Shown here: piece by piece, positions 1 to 9,874 of the stretch | Numbering within the stretch: position 1 is the stretch's first letter | Layout: the number at the start of each line of letters is the position of its first letter | Sequence record: MT774381.1 | Origin: an uncultured phage cr3_1 | DNA: 40,000 nucleotides | Direction: 5' to 3' (one strand) | Notes under the pieces: model-generated | Databases searched by the model: none | The model's input: the letters and a program-made list of their open reading frames with translations, nothing else | What the model was told of the DNA's origin: nothing | Translations under genes and position numbers: made by a program

Positions 1-3000
1 GTTGAACAAAAGATTCAAAAAGATTATTATACTCGTAAAAATGCTTATCTTACTAATGTTCTTAAGTATGCTCCTGATCATTTTGTTCGTTATAAATATA
101 TTATGCACGAACTTTATGGAACAGGTAATTTTAATAGAGCAGATTTATCTGATGAACAACTTAAACGTCGTCATGAACTTGTAAAAGAATTAAGACTTCT
201 TAGAAGCGATGTTTATGAAGATGGTACTATGAAAAGTATGGAAGATCTTCATAAGAGTTCTGTTCTTAATACTTACATTAAGTCTATGCGTAACCTTAAT
301 GAAGAGTATTTTGAAAAGGAAATTGTTGAAGGTTTTGAAGAAAATCTTGAATACTATCTTGATATTATTAAACGATATGAAGCTAATCATCCTTATGAAA
401 CTTTAGATGAAAGACTTAAAGATGATAATTATTTAGATGCTTATAATTGGCTTAAAGCTAATACTATTAGACGTGTAGATACTGAGCTTCGTGACCAGAT
501 TTCACAAGCATTTAAAGATCTTGGTGCTAATTATGAATTTAAAAATGCCTATAAATGGTATTTAGATAAACATCCGGAGATTATTGATGCCGATGGTATT
601 GTTGATGGAACAAAGATTCCTCAAACTGTTATTGAACAGTTGAAGAAAGATTTTGAACGTCGATATGCTATGGATAGCGATAATCCTCATGTAGCTGCTA
701 CTATTAGAGAAGTTCCTGCTGATAGAAAGCAAGTTAATGCTAAATTCTGGGCAGACCTTGGTACTCGCCAAGCTAATGCATATGATGAAATTTTAGATAA
801 ATATAACCAAGAAATTAATAGTATTCTTGAAAAAGCTGTTGATGACCAAGGTCATATTAGTTCTAAAAAGTTATTTGATTTAGGTAAAGATACTGTTCAA
901 CGTTTAGCTGAACTTTATGATTTATCTAATGCTCGTAAAGAATTACTTAAAGATGAAAGTGATAAAGGTTGGCGTAAGAAATTTGCCAATGCTGTTACTT
1001 TTAAACATAATACTGAAGCATTTAATAGAGAATATAATTGGGCTCTTACTAATCTTACAGGCGACAATCTAATTCTTTGGTCTCAGATTTTTGCTAAATG
1101 GGAAAAAGGTACTCTTAAAACAGATAAGGAAAATCAATTACTTCCGGGTGATAATGTTTTTGGATACTTTGAACCTAAAGATGAAAAATATGTAAATAAT
1201 AAAAGAGCTGAAGCTATTAAATTTATTCAGGATAATATAGAATTTGTTCCTACTGAATATTATACTAAAGCTATGAATCTCGCCCGTAAAGAGGGACGAT
1301 GGGAAGAATGGTTTAGAGAAAATCATGTTTTTAATCCTTATACTGGTAAATATGAACCTCTTACTATATGGACCAATTTAAATGTTAAAGATGATCCTAA
1401 TGGCACATCTCGTTATAAATATGACGCTATTGGAGATAATGTTACTTCCGAAGTAAAGGAAAATAAAAAGAATGATAAGTATGATAAGCATAGCTATAAT
1501 TACAATGGTAATCCTGCATACGCAAGTAATATTAAACAAAGTCCTGCTGAAAAGGAAATGGTTAACTATTTGCAAAGTGTTATGCGAGCTTATTCTGGTA
1601 ATGATCGCATGCTTAGTTGGGTAGGAAAAGATAATATTCCTCGTTTACGTCTTAAAGATATTAGTCCTAAAGAAATAGGTAAAGAACTTTTAGGTGCTGC
1701 TGGATTTTCTGCTAATGCTCGTAGTATGAAATGGAAAGATGAAGTAGGTTATGAATATGATGTACCTGCTGATTTTGATATGTTTGCAGAGCTTAAAGGA
1801 AAAGGTACTAAAAATCTTATTAATATTCGTCCTCAATTATCTGATGAAACTGATGCTGAATATAAAGAATATGTAGAACTTACTAATAAGCAAAACGAAG
1901 AGATTAAAAAGGAGAATGCACGTATTGATATGGAACTTGCTAATGACAATATGTCAGATGTAATGGAAACATTTGTTGCAAGGGCTATTGAATATAATGC
2001 TAAAGAAGCTATTAAACCTTATCTTTATTTATTATTACAAGACCTTAAAGATAATCAAGCTTATAAAACTGCTCCTTTAAGTGGTCAACTTCGTGAAGAT
2101 AAATCTAATTCTGTTGAAGGTTATACTGAATATAAGAAAGAAGAACAACGTAAGAATATTGAACTTGTTGAAACTTATATTAATCGTTTTATTTATGGTG
2201 AATTTAAATCTGGTAATAGAACTTTAACTAAAGTTGCTGATATTTTCCAGAATCTTACTTCTGCTAAATATATGATTTTTAACCATACTGGAGGTGTTGC
2301 TAACGTTCTTACCGGTTGGACTAATATATTTGGTGAATCATTTGCTAAAGAATTCTTTGATAATGGTGATTGGGCACGTGCTCATAAAGATTATCTTGGT
2401 TCTATTCATTATATTCTTGCTGGATTATATGATGATGGTCATAGAAATCTTATTGATGGCATTATTAAATCTATGAATGTCGTTAATTTAGATGAAATGC
2501 TTGAACGTAGGTCTGGTGAGAATTGGGAACAATGGATTCAAAGAGCGCGTAATTTCCTTTATTCTATGCAATCTTCCGGTGAGCATTATATGCAAAATAC
2601 TGCAATGATTGCTATGATGTATAGTCATAAATTGTACCAAGATGATAAAGGTAAATGGACTGTTGGTAGTTTTGCTCATTATGCTTGGCATAAAGATAAA
2701 GCTATTCTTCGTAGATTAGTTGCTGATAATCCTGTATTACTTCGAGATTATAATCAATTTGCTGAAAGTATTGATAATGATATTAAGAATGCAAAAGATT
2801 ATGCTCAATTTACTAAAGACTTTAATGTTGAGTTCTTACAAATGTATGGAGATAAAGAAATTACTCGTAAATATATTGAAGAACGTGATAAAGAACTTAA
2901 AAAAGCTAAAGAAGAGTTTAATACTTTTGAAAACGTTAAAGATCAATTTATATATGATAATGGTGTAGTAGTTGTTAAACCTGATTCACATCTTACTTCT

Positions 3001-3885
3001 GATGAACTTGCTAAATTTAAAATAGCTGTTATTTCTGTTAATAAAAAAATACATGGCGTTTATGACAAAATAGGTGCTGCAAATATTGAAAAGCATTGGT
3101 GGGGTAGTGTTGTTATGCAATATCATAAACATATGTATCCCGGTATTATGAAACGTTGGCGTAGACGTGGATATTATAATGAATTTAGAGGTTCTGTTGA
3201 ACGAGGTTCTTATGTTTCTTTAGCTTCTTTGCTTAGTACTGAATTTAGAAATACTATTAAAAAAGCTAAAGAGCTGCATGGAGATGATACTCAAGCTGTT
3301 ATTATGGAAAGTATTAAAAATATAGCTCGCGCTATGATTAATACTATTACTAATTTAAGACTTAATTATCAAACTCTTCCTGAATGGGAAAAAGCTAATA
3401 TTCGTCGTATAAAAGGTGATTTAGGTGGTATTATGGCTGGTATGGTTGGTCTTATTGCTCTTGGATTACTTACAGGTGGTGATGACGATGATGAACTTTA
3501 TGATACTACTTGGTATAACTTTATGTTATATACTGCTGATAGATGGATAACTGAATCTAATTCTTATACTCCTTGGGGATTAGTTACTGAGGGTAAAACT
3601 CTTTGGAGTTCTCCTGTTGCTGCATTTAAAGCACCTGAAGATTTACTTAAACTTCTTAATCTTAGTATGCAGGCTCTATTTGATGATGACTTTAATCCTG
3701 AATATACTACTGGACGTTATAAAGGTGAAAATAAATTTACACGTCTTATTATTGGTAATATTCCTCTTATGCGTAATATTAATCGTCTGGAACAATTGGA
3801 AAAGAATAATCAGTACTATCGTTTAGATGATAATTCTATGAGAAACTCTATTGTAGATAATATTGTAGATTGGTATAATAAATAA
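1..3885 (+). CDS. Large phage protein, C-terminal part (5' end outside window); possible crAss-like virion-associated protein
   Basis: Frame 1 is open from base 1 (VEQKIQKDYYTRKNAYLTNVLKYAPDHFVRYKYIMHEL...) to TAA at 3885; more than 1290 codons, last rightward gene before a convergent terminator. Family assignment is by architecture only. Confidence 0.75.
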   Translation, partial: VEQKIQKDYYTRKNAYLTNVLKYAPDHFVRYKYIMHELYGTGNFNRADLSDEQLKRRHELVKELRLLRSDVYEDGTMKSMEDLHKSSVLNTYIKSMRNLNEEYFEKEIVEGFEENLEYYLDIIKRYEANHPYETLDERLKDDNYLDAYNWLKANTIRRVDTELRDQISQAFKDLGANYEFKNAYKWYLDKHPEIIDADGIVDGTKIPQTVIEQLKKDFERRYAMDSDNPHVAATIREVPADRKQVNAKFWADLGTRQANAYDEILDKYNQEINSILEKAVDDQGHISSKKLFDLGKDTVQRLAELYDLSNARKELLKDESDKGWRKKFANAVTFKHNTEAFNREYNWALTNLTGDNLILWSQIFAKWEKGTLKTDKENQLLPGDNVFGYFEPKDEKYVNNKRAEAIKFIQDNIEFVPTEYYTKAMNLARKEGRWEEWFRENHVFNPYTGKYEPLTIWTNLNVKDDPNGTSRYKYDAIGDNVTSEVKENKKNDKYDKHSYNYNGNPAYASNIKQSPAEKEMVNYLQSVMRAYSGNDRMLSWVGKDNIPRLRLKDISPKEIGKELLGAAGFSANARSMKWKDEVGYEYDVPADFDMFAELKGKGTKNLINIRPQLSDETDAEYKEYVELTNKQNEEIKKENARIDMELANDNMSDVMETFVARAIEYNAKEAIKPYLYLLLQDLKDNQAYKTAPLSGQLREDKSNSVEGYTEYKKEEQRKNIELVETYINRFIYGEFKSGNRTLTKVADIFQNLTSAKYMIFNHTGGVANVLTGWTNIFGESFAKEFFDNGDWARAHKDYLGSIHYILAGLYDDGHRNLIDGIIKSMNVVNLDEMLERRSGENWEQWIQRARNFLYSMQSSGEHYMQNTAMIAMMYSHKLYQDDKGKWTVGSFAHYAWHKDKAILRRLVADNPVLLRDYNQFAESIDNDIKNAKDYAQFTKDFNVEFLQMYGDKEITRKYIEERDKELKKAKEEFNTFENVKDQFIYDNGVVVVKPDSHLTSDELAKFKIAVISVNKKIHGVYDKIGAANIEKHWWGSVVMQYHKHMYPGIMKRWRRRGYYNEFRGSVERGSYVSLASLLSTEFRNTIKKAKELHGDDTQAVIMESIKNIARAMINTITNLRLNYQTLPEWEKANIRRIKGDLGGIMAGMVGLIALGLLTGGDDDDELYDTTWYNFMLYTADRWITESNSYTPWGLVTEGKTLWSSPVAAFKAPEDLLKLLNLSMQALFDDDFNPEYTTGRYKGENKFTRLIIGNIPLMRNINRLEQLEKNNQYYRLDDNSMRNSIVDNIVDWYNK

Positions 3886-3912
3886 CCAGTTGTAGCTCGT
3901 ACTAATAAAAAA

Positions 3913-3955
3913 GCCCGTATTAACACTGTAATTAGTGCTAATACGGGCTATTTTG
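3913..3955. terminator. Bidirectional intrinsic terminator between convergent gene blocks
   Basis: GCCCGTATTA...TAATACGGGC stem, A-run on left and TTTT on right; sits between a + gene ending at 3885 and a - gene ending at 4228. Confidence 0.85.
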
Positions 3956-4193
3956 TTTGTTGTTCGTAAAGGAAATATTGATATTATCAGCGTAACGAGG
4001 TGTTAAATGGACGTAATAAGTATTTATAAGCTATATGGTTTATTAATTATTTAAATAGATGTAGTTATTTAATTTTAATATTGACATGCTTAAACGGTCG
4101 GATTTAGAGGATTTCATATAATTATTATACAACCTACCATGAACTTTAACAACAATAATATCACTAACAATATCAACAGATGGAGAGCATCAA

Positions 4194-4227
4194 TTCCTCT
4201 ACGGGGGAGCGCAGGGCGAAGCCCTGC
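4194..4227. repeat. Dispersed GC-rich element plus mini-hairpin (TTCCTCTACGGGGGAGC + GCAGGGCGAAGCCCTGC)
   Basis: 17-nt element followed directly by a perfect 7-bp stem with GAA loop, abutting the stop codon of the next - strand gene. Confidence 0.8.
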
Positions 4228-4551
4228 CTATCTATACTTTTCAATAGCTGTTGTAACATCAACATAACGTTGTGTTCCCTCAAGAATAGTAAAATAATCT
4301 CCTTTAGATTTAGGAAGAACGCAATTAACTACTTCTTCATCAAAAACAATTCTTTCAAATGAAGTGATTACTAAAGTAGGAAAATCTTTAATCTCTAAAT
4401 ACTTGAGTATAGTAGAAGGTAAATCTTCTTTATCGAAAATAAGAAAACTTATTCCAGATACACCAGCATAAGATTTTACTACTTCCATAAGAATATCTAC
4501 CATTATGTTACATCCTTGACAGCCTTTTGTTCGAATAAGAGCAACAGTCAT
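4228..4551 (-). CDS. Small thioredoxin/glutaredoxin-like protein
   Basis: 107 aa; N-terminal CxxC (RTKGCQGCN) and a ...DFPTL... segment resembling the cis-Pro region of the thioredoxin fold. Confidence 0.5.
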   Translation of the reverse strand: MTVALIRTKGCQGCNIMVDILMEVVKSYAGVSGISFLIFDKEDLPSTILKYLEIKDFPTLVITSFERIVFDEEVVNCVLPKSKGDYFTILEGTQRYVDVTTAIEKYR

Positions 4552-4557
4552 AAGTTA

Positions 4558-5244
4558 TTATTTTCCAGTAGAACCATGTCCTCCTGTTCCTCGTTCTGTT
4601 TCATCAGGATTAAGATCAGCTTCTATAAATTCAATAGTATGGACTTTTTCAACAGAAATTTGTCCAATACGGTCTCCAACTTCAAAAGGAGGTTTATTTT
4701 CCATACGAAGACTTTCAACAGATGAACGCCAACGAGTAAGACCTGTAACACTACAAATAGCTGATACTGCTTGTATTAATACATTAATTGCATTACGAAC
4801 AGCAGCAGAAGTACGAGGTTTGTATGAGAAAAGATAAGAGCCACGATAACCATAATCACCTGTACCAACACTATTAGGAAGATAACATTCAGTTTTACGA
4901 TTAGAACTACGGGGAACTAATGCAATCCAATAACCTTTTTGAGGTTCAAGACGAAGACAAGTATCATAAACCCAGCAATCTTTATCAATATCGTATGTAC
5001 GCTTAATAGCAAATACATCATATTTTGCATCAGTATCGTAAGCTTTAATAGGAAGAAGAGATTCAAGAGGCTGAAGACCTTCAGCTTCACGATTAGTGTT
5101 AACTAAAGCCAACACTTCATTATGAGCTTCTTTATCTGTAAATTCATACTTTACAGGATAAACTTTTTCATTCTCTACTTCAACAGGAGCGTCTTTTTCT
5201 GCTTTAACTTCTTCTTTACTGTTAAAATTAATTTCTCGTGCCAT
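4558..5244 (-). CDS. dut: dUTP diphosphatase (dUTPase)
   Basis: 228 aa; GTGDYGYRG, PPFEVGDRIGQISVEKV and C-terminal ERGTGGHGSTGK match trimeric dUTPase motifs. Confidence 0.85.
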   Translation of the reverse strand: MAREINFNSKEEVKAEKDAPVEVENEKVYPVKYEFTDKEAHNEVLALVNTNREAEGLQPLESLLPIKAYDTDAKYDVFAIKRTYDIDKDCWVYDTCLRLEPQKGYWIALVPRSSNRKTECYLPNSVGTGDYGYRGSYLFSYKPRTSAAVRNAINVLIQAVSAICSVTGLTRWRSSVESLRMENKPPFEVGDRIGQISVEKVHTIEFIEADLNPDETERGTGGHGSTGK

Positions 5245-5247
5245 TAT

Positions 5248-5739
5248 TTATTTCTTTTTAATACCATTAATTCCCCATTGCAATACAAAACCAAGAACTT
5301 CCCAAATTTTATCCTTAGCTTTTTCTACAGCAAATTTTTCACCAATTTCTATATTATAATTCTCAGCTTTAACACAACTTGCTTGTCCATGAACTTCAAA
5401 ATCATTCAAAAGAACTAAAGTAGTGTTTGTAGTCTTACTTCCAACTTTAGCAGAAAAAGTATCTTTAACAAAGTTATCTACATCTTCTGAGGTAATACGT
5501 TCACCTTTTTCATCTCCAAGCTGGAAGTATGCAGATTCGAATACATCTTTAGGACTAAATGAAGTATATCCATCAGGATAAACAACTTTATAACCATCTT
5601 CAATATCGTAGACTTTACTTGTATTCTTATAAGTTTCATTACGATATTCCATAGCTTCTTCCATACTTTTGAAGAAGTTTTTATTGCAACAAATAGCTGG
5701 TTCTGCATAAATAAGTTTGACACCAATATATTTATTCAT
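5248..5739 (-). CDS. N4 Gp49 / Sf6 gene 66 family-like protein
   Basis: 163 aa; GVKLIYAEPA... and DGYKVVYPDGYTSFSPKDVFESAYF pattern typical of this family. Confidence 0.6.
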   Translation of the reverse strand: MNKYIGVKLIYAEPAICCNKNFFKSMEEAMEYRNETYKNTSKVYDIEDGYKVVYPDGYTSFSPKDVFESAYFQLGDEKGERITSEDVDNFVKDTFSAKVGSKTTNTTLVLLNDFEVHGQASCVKAENYNIEIGEKFAVEKAKDKIWEVLGFVLQWGINGIKKK

Positions 5740-6794
5740 TATACTGCTTTTTTAGTATTAATAATTTCAAAAGCGTTATCAAACGCATTACTTAATTTTC
5801 GAGATTTATCTCCATACAGAAGACTATCCATACGTTTGTCTCCTTCAGCACTATCAACGTTAGAATAATATCCGGTAATAGCATTTACAGCTCCCCACCA
5901 ATTACCAACTTGTTCTTTTTGACCAGGGCCTTCAAAATAGTAACGCCACATATTACTAATAATATTAACTTTACGCATTGAAATATTAGCAGCTTCAATA
6001 CAATTAAAGTTGCGTTCAATAACATGTTTAATATTATATCCGTAAGCATTTACAGATGCAAGTTCATCATCAGTAAGAACGCTATTGCAAATATATCGCA
6101 TAACTTCTTCATCTTTAGCAGTTGCTTTAGCAAGTTTAGTATATTCTTTCTGACAGAACGTAGCTTTCATAGTACAAATTTCAAGAAGTTCTTTAGCAAT
6201 AACAATATTATCATGAACAGAAGCAGTATGTCTAAAACTTACATAATTAGTAGCATTTCTAATGGCAGCACTTAATGTATTTTCACATACAATTCTAATA
6301 GGAGTAAATAATATTTTAACTCCGGTAGAACCATCATGTGAACTCATAAACACTAAATAGTTTTCAACAGGATCTCCACCAACAAATACAGTATTGGGTA
6401 ATTTAGCACTTACAAACACTCTTCGACCTTTATCAAAGCAACCAGCTGTTTGCCAAATAGCTTTATTAAAACCAATAGCATCATTAAAGAACTCAAATGC
6501 TTTAATATTTTGAACAGGAGTATATTTTCCTTTAACAATCCCCAAAGGATAATTAAGGTCAGTACGATAGGTAGCGTAAAAATTGTCAATATCTGCATAT
6601 TCTGCTCCCCCGTAGAGGAAATGACTTCCCTCTATTTCATCAATAGTATGAGCAGGTGGCATTTTAGCCACCAACTCACACTTTGCAACATTCCAATCAA
6701 GACCAGCTTTTACAATTACATCTTCAGCAGTTTCGCAATCAGATACATTAATAGCCCTGGAATGTCTAAAAGGTGCACCTTTTATTCTGAACAT
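5739..6794 (-). CDS. DUF932 (phage/plasmid-like) protein; start probably MFRIKGAP, inside the longer ORF 5739..6845
   Basis: ...RTDLNYPLGIVKGKYTPVQN...FNKAIWQTAGCFDKGRRVFVSAKL...ENYLVFMSSHDGSTGVKILFTPIRIVCENTLSAA. Confidence 0.8.
   Translation of the reverse strand: MFRIKGAPFRHSRAINVSDCETAEDVIVKAGLDWNVAKCELVAKMPPAHTIDEIEGSHFLYGGAEYADIDNFYATYRTDLNYPLGIVKGKYTPVQNIKAFEFFNDAIGFNKAIWQTAGCFDKGRRVFVSAKLPNTVFVGGDPVENYLVFMSSHDGSTGVKILFTPIRIVCENTLSAAIRNATNYVSFRHTASVHDNIVIAKELLEICTMKATFCQKEYTKLAKATAKDEEVMRYICNSVLTDDELASVNAYGYNIKHVIERNFNCIEAANISMRKVNIISNMWRYYFEGPGQKEQVGNWWGAVNAITGYYSNVDSAEGDKRMDSLLYGDKSRKLSNAFDNAFEIINTKKAV
6604..6620. repeat. Dispersed element inside DUF932 gene (read as FLYGGA)
   Basis: GCTCCCCCGTAGAGGAA, exact reverse complement of the 4194 copy. 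Confidence 0.85.
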
Positions 6795-7051
6795 AAAATA
6801 ACAGTTATTAAAACAGCAAATATAACTATCGCATAACAAGTACAATATTTACATTCTTTCATATAGCCTTTGTACTTATCAGCAGTAGTTTCTAAAAACT
6901 TCTTGTAAACGTTATTAGGTTTGTAGTTATTTACTACAAACTTATTTGCTTCTTTGATACCTTGTGCTTTAAATAAATAAGCAAAAGCCATCAGTAACCA
7001 AAATATTCCAAATATTTCAATTACCACAATCATTGTTTCCATAATCTTCAA
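6782..7051 (-). CDS. Small membrane protein, unknown
   Basis: 89 aa with N-terminal and C-terminal hydrophobic segments. Confidence 0.5.
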   Translation of the reverse strand: MKIMETMIVVIEIFGIFWLLMAFAYLFKAQGIKEANKFVVNNYKPNNVYKKFLETTADKYKGYMKECKYCTCYAIVIFAVLITVILCSE

Positions 7052-7745
7052 ATTTAAAGTTTCGTAAATCTATATTTTTAAACTTATCATCTTTTAATAT
7101 AGGAACTTCATAAAATTCCATTAAAGCTTTAAGTTTATTAGAACGAGAATCAATAGTATAAATATCTTTATAAGCGAGATTAATCATAACTTTATTACAA
7201 TCAAGATTTACAGGATTTTTAGGCATAAAAATGCTGCCTCTTATATAAACTTTTTCTATATATTCATTAGTAATAACCCCTCCTTTAGAAAGATATATTT
7301 TATCAGGATTATGAATTGTAGCACAATTGCTACAAATTTTATCAATAACATTATAAAACTTTTTACAAATAATTTTATAAGCAGATTTATAAGATATTGT
7401 ATTAGTAACATTATTCTTGATTATATCTTTACATCTTTTATATGCAAAAAAGTCTCCACCAATATTTATAACTTCATCCGTTTCAAGGTCTACAGGAAAC
7501 AATGTTTTTCCATTACAAAGATCAGTAAATAACTTTAATATTCTATCAGTAGAATCAGTACTAACTATAATATCCATACTATGTTTATCCCAAACTCTAC
7601 AAAGTTCTTCAAGGGTTTCAGCAGTATAAGATGATATTACTTGTTCTTTTGCAGCAAGTATAAGCTCATCTTCAATTCTTTTAATAAATTCGCTTTTAAT
7701 CATGCTACTTAATATTAATACTTGTATTAACTTTAAGTTCAGCAA
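7017..7745 (-). CDS. Hypothetical protein
   Basis: 242-codon ORF in the leftward operon; true start may be MIKSEF. Confidence 0.6.
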   Translation of the reverse strand: MLNLKLIQVLILSSMIKSEFIKRIEDELILAAKEQVISSYTAETLEELCRVWDKHSMDIIVSTDSTDRILKLFTDLCNGKTLFPVDLETDEVINIGGDFFAYKRCKDIIKNNVTNTISYKSAYKIICKKFYNVIDKICSNCATIHNPDKIYLSKGGVITNEYIEKVYIRGSIFMPKNPVNLDCNKVMINLAYKDIYTIDSRSNKLKALMEFYEVPILKDDKFKNIDLRNFKFEDYGNNDCGN

Positions 7746-8481
7746 TAGTTAAATCGTCTTCATTAACAGTCTTTACATATCCTTTAATAGAATCTTTAGG
7801 AGTGCAGAATTCAACATCTGAACAATAAGTTAAAGCACTAAATGCTTTAAGAATAAATTGTGTATCAGTAAGTAATTCTTTAGGAGTTAAATTAAAAGAA
7901 ATTTTATAACGAGTATTAACAAGATCACCAACAGTAAAAGGAACAAAATCTTCACCATATTTAGCTATACATATATTATTAATAGCTTCTAACATTCCTG
8001 TAGGGTCAATATCTTCTCCAGTTTCAAGAATACCTTGTTTATAAAGTTCACGAGCATATTCAAAGAATTCTTCTGTAAGAATAGCAATACGTTTTTCATT
8101 AAGTTCTACAGCTTCAGTATTTCTTGTGAATAACTTTGCATCCCAAAGTTCAAGAACTCTATTTCCAGATTTACCTTTAATTCCATAACGAGATACTGCG
8201 TCAGTAATTACTGCTCGTAAACGTTTAGCACGATTTTCACGTACTTTGAGGAGATCATCAATACCTTTCTTTCGTCCTTTAAGAATAGACACATTATCTT
8301 CATAATAACGAATAGCTTTTACATACTTAGAAACTTTATTCTCAAAGTTTTCTTGTGTAATCATTAATCTTTCCTCCAATTCAGGAGTTAATTCTCCACC
8401 ATTATCTTCAAGCTCCATGAATATAGCTTCAAGATCAGCTTCGACATTAAAGATGCTCTGTTCAATATTTGCGTCTGACAT
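7705..8481 (-). CDS. Siphovirus Gp157-like protein
   Basis: 258 aa; coiled N-terminal region followed by RKKGIDDLLKVRENRAKRLRAVITDAVSRYGIKG... as in Gp157 proteins. Confidence 0.6.
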   Translation of the reverse strand: MSDANIEQSIFNVEADLEAIFMELEDNGGELTPELEERLMITQENFENKVSKYVKAIRYYEDNVSILKGRKKGIDDLLKVRENRAKRLRAVITDAVSRYGIKGKSGNRVLELWDAKLFTRNTEAVELNEKRIAILTEEFFEYARELYKQGILETGEDIDPTGMLEAINNICIAKYGEDFVPFTVGDLVNTRYKISFNLTPKELLTDTQFILKAFSALTYCSDVEFCTPKDSIKGYVKTVNEDDLTIAELKVNTSINIK

Positions 8482-8638
8482 ATGTATTTACTGTATAAAT
8501 AGTTTTAACTGTAATTCTTCCACAAATTTCACAACGGGAAACTATAACTTTTCCGACAACAGAACCTCTGTCGTCTAACAAATCATGTCTTTCAATGATT
8601 TGATATTTATGTCCATGTATAAAACAATACCAACTCAT
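8462..8638 (-). CDS. Small zinc-ribbon-like protein (58 aa), absent from supplied ORF track
   Basis: MSWYCFIHGHKYQIIERHDFVRRQRFCCRKVIVSRCEICGRITVKTIYTVNTYVRRKY*; continuous frame read directly from the sequence; CxxxH...CxxC pattern. Confidence 0.6.
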   Translation of the reverse strand: MSWYCFIHGHKYQIIERHDLLDDRGSVVGKVIVSRCEICGRITVKTIYTVNTYVRRKY

Positions 8639-8862
8639 AGTATATAATCATTAAGTTCTACATTAATAATATCAACATTAATAATCTTTTTTACGTTAAT
8701 TAAAAAATACAATAGAATCATATTTTTTACTTGTTTAGCTTCAGCAACGTTTTTAAAATTCATTGCTTCATTAATATCAGCAGAAAATTCAGGAATTTTA
8801 TTTTCATAGTGAGTATAATATTGTCTTATACCATCTATGTAGGACATTATAATATATTTCAT
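8635..8862 (-). CDS. Hypothetical protein
   Basis: 75-codon ORF, overlaps next start by 4 nt. Confidence 0.5.
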   Translation of the reverse strand: MKYIIMSYIDGIRQYYTHYENKIPEFSADINEAMNFKNVAEAKQVKNMILLYFLINVKKIINVDIINVELNDYIL

Positions 8863-8887
8863 GTTAATATCGTTTAATAGATGTATG

Positions 8888-9874
8888 CTACATAAATTCT
8901 GTATATTGACATTGTTTTATTATACCATTTTCATCTATACAATGATAAAGACTTGTATTTTCTTTTATATATTTATAAAACATTTGTCCTATAATTTTAG
9001 CATTAGGATGAGGTTTTCCAGTAGTACCAAAATATCGTTTATTTATAACTTCAATAAGTTCTTTAATATTATAAGAATAAGCAACTTTTGTAGCAGTTAC
9101 AAGAGGTAGATATTCTCTTGCATCTTGTGGTTGCATACCATATTCAATTTGCTTATTGTAAAATTTAAAATCTTTATACCATTTGATAATAGATCTTTCA
9201 ACAGTAGAATCATAATATCCTAAATTAGGAACTAATATTCTACAATGAGTATTACACCAAGGACTGGTTTTACCATTAACGCTTATATAAAGATTGTCTT
9301 CAATTGTAGTTACTTCAATATCTTCATCATCTTTTATAAATAAATCAAACCACCAAGGTTGACAAATAGCTCCACCTTTAGAATAAAAATTAACGTATCT
9401 TGTACTTTGTTCCATAATATTATTAGGAGAAGTACGATTAAGTTCACGAGAAGTAGAAATTTGAGTAACAACTACAAATGTATATCTTTCGTTTTCAGGA
9501 ATCGGCATATCGCACCAGTATCTTTCTATAAATTTATTTTCAAAGTTTTCAGAAGCGAATTGATAATTAGTAGTAATATATAAATTACCATCATCGTAAT
9601 TCATTAAAACAAAAGGAGATTCTTTATATTTATTATATAATTCTTCTGCAAATACATGATCTGCTATTTTAAGATAAACTGAACCATGTCGTCCAATACT
9701 TACATGTCCAGCTTTAATATGTTTTAAACAAAATCGTTTAGCATCTTCCCAAGTACTACCTTCTTTAGATTCAGAAGCATAACAAAGTCTTGCTCCCGTT
9801 TCCATATTCAACCACATTTGTTGAATAGTATGATTGGTAGGTAATAATTCAACTGACGGTCTTACTATTTTCAT
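8888..9874 (-). CDS. thyX: Flavin-dependent thymidylate synthase
   Basis: 328 aa; STSRELNRTSPNNIMEQSTRYVNF resembles the ThyX signature, with QDAREYLPLVTATKVAYSYNIKELIEVINKR downstream. Confidence 0.8.
   Translation of the reverse strand: MKIVRPSVELLPTNHTIQQMWLNMETGARLCYASESKEGSTWEDAKRFCLKHIKAGHVSIGRHGSVYLKIADHVFAEELYNKYKESPFVLMNYDDGNLYITTNYQFASENFENKFIERYWCDMPIPENERYTFVVVTQISTSRELNRTSPNNIMEQSTRYVNFYSKGGAICQPWWFDLFIKDDEDIEVTTIEDNLYISVNGKTSPWCNTHCRILVPNLGYYDSTVERSIIKWYKDFKFYNKQIEYGMQPQDAREYLPLVTATKVAYSYNIKELIEVINKRYFGTTGKPHPNAKIIGQMFYKYIKENTSLYHCIDENGIIKQCQYTEFM

Noticed and set aside
4194-4227. Calling the GCAGGGCGAAGCCCTGC hairpin a Rho-independent terminator
   Set aside because: No U-tract on the minus strand; it is followed by the dispersed element GCTCCCCCGTAGAGGAA.
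4228-4230. Possible TAG (amber) recoding as in some crAss-like phages
   Set aside because: ORF 4228..4551 ends naturally at TAG next to a hairpin, TGA ends other ORFs (e.g. 36526), and no conserved gene needs stop readthrough in this window.
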